A DNA stretch of 64,000 bases. Origin: Stylophora pistillata. Taxonomy: Eukaryota. The position numbers and the translations under genes are program-made. Location of the stretch: positions 256,552 through 320,551 of the forward strand of contig NW_019217914.1 of the NCBI RefSeq assembly GCF_002571385.2, in the 5' to 3' direction. Below are positions 63,006 to 64,000 of this stretch, piece by piece; within the stretch, counting starts at the first letter, position 1, and every line of letters begins with the position of its first letter. The notes below the pieces were generated by a model. The model was given only the letters and a program-made list of their open reading frames with translations, made no database searches and was not told the DNA's origin.

Positions 63006-64000
63006 GTAAGTATGTTTGAAATGTTATCATTTAATTGCATATGCACTCTTGGCCCTTGTTCTGTATGTTTGAACACAAGCAAAAAGAAGATGGGGAATTA
63101 CAGCAAGTGATGTCCTACTGATTAACTTTCTGCCACAATAAATGGTTGAAGTAAATTGAACCCTTTAACTGCTAAGAGTGACTCCCTAGAATATTACCCC
63201 CAAATCAAACATTTAGGTCACAAGAACGAAGGAACGATCCCCAAATGAAGAAGCTCTAGATTTGTAAGCAAATTCTCCTTGTCAGCACCTTAGGAAATGT
63301 ATAGAGAATAGTATGGAGAATATGCATACTGATGTCAGGGTGTAACGGGTGACAAAAATTTCTTTTGTGACTTGACTGTTTCTTTTTGGCTCTTCTTTTC
63401 TTTAGATATTCTTATTGGAAGAGGTATAATAGGACATAGAAACAGTATTTAAAAAAAAGAAGAGTTTGTTATTCCACATAAACTTTCTTAGACACTGACC
63501 AGTGACTTTGGTTTTGTGTATTAGGTACAGTTTTCCTGGTTTCAATTATATCAATCAGTGGTCTATTAATAAATTGCCATTGATGTTGCTGTGACTGTTG
63601 TTTTTTGGTATTCTATTGCAGTAGTTATAATCTATACAGCAGTGATGTTTGGTATGCAGATTCTCCTCTGATGGATGGGGTAATTTTTTTTTTGTTGTTG
63701 TGACATTTTGTTTGTTTGTGTTTTTTTTTTTTCATTCCGTAACGTTTACTCCATACATTTGAGGGAATTTTTTTTAATCCTGCGTCTTCTAAAAACCTGA
63801 TTGTCTCCTTATGAATTAAGCTTGGAGCCTTAGATGAGAGCGGTGATGTTATTGAACAAGATTCAAAGGTGACGTCAAGCACAGAAGGTAACATCATTCT
63901 TCTCCTAGCTCTTTACCGTCATATATCTGGTATTCAAATTCAATCCATTTTTTGAATGTCAACAATCTTTGAAAAATTACCACAACCTTAAATACACATC

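Overview
AT-rich, intron-containing animal genomic DNA. The repeat families and gene content suggest a scleractinian coral, possibly Pocilloporidae (inference). Genes from left to right: the 5' part of WDR47 (minus, runs off the left edge); an intronless DAXX (minus); two tandem SLC27/FATP long-chain fatty-acid transport/acyl-CoA ligase paralogues (minus); and a ~20-exon plus-strand gene transcribed divergently from FATP-B, which combines an ERICH3-like N-terminal motif, a PLAT/LH2 domain, a Glu-rich tract and ankyrin repeats. Exon fragments of an unknown gene lie at the right edge. The ~12.8 kb between the two FATP genes is an accessory block. It holds TPR-gene remnants, a 21-N gap followed by a near-perfect 2.97 kb palindrome centred on a Penelope-like/hammerhead repeat, a truncated L2/CR1-type LINE, nested MITEs and SINEs, and an intact intronless Mab-21/cGAS-like receptor (cGLR) with a C-terminal extension. 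Several minimal type I hammerhead-ribozyme-like motifs sit inside short inverted repeats, and two mini-elements carry an internal copy complementary to their own end-to-start junction. Exon boundaries were read by eye from GT-AG signals and frame continuity. No searches were run.
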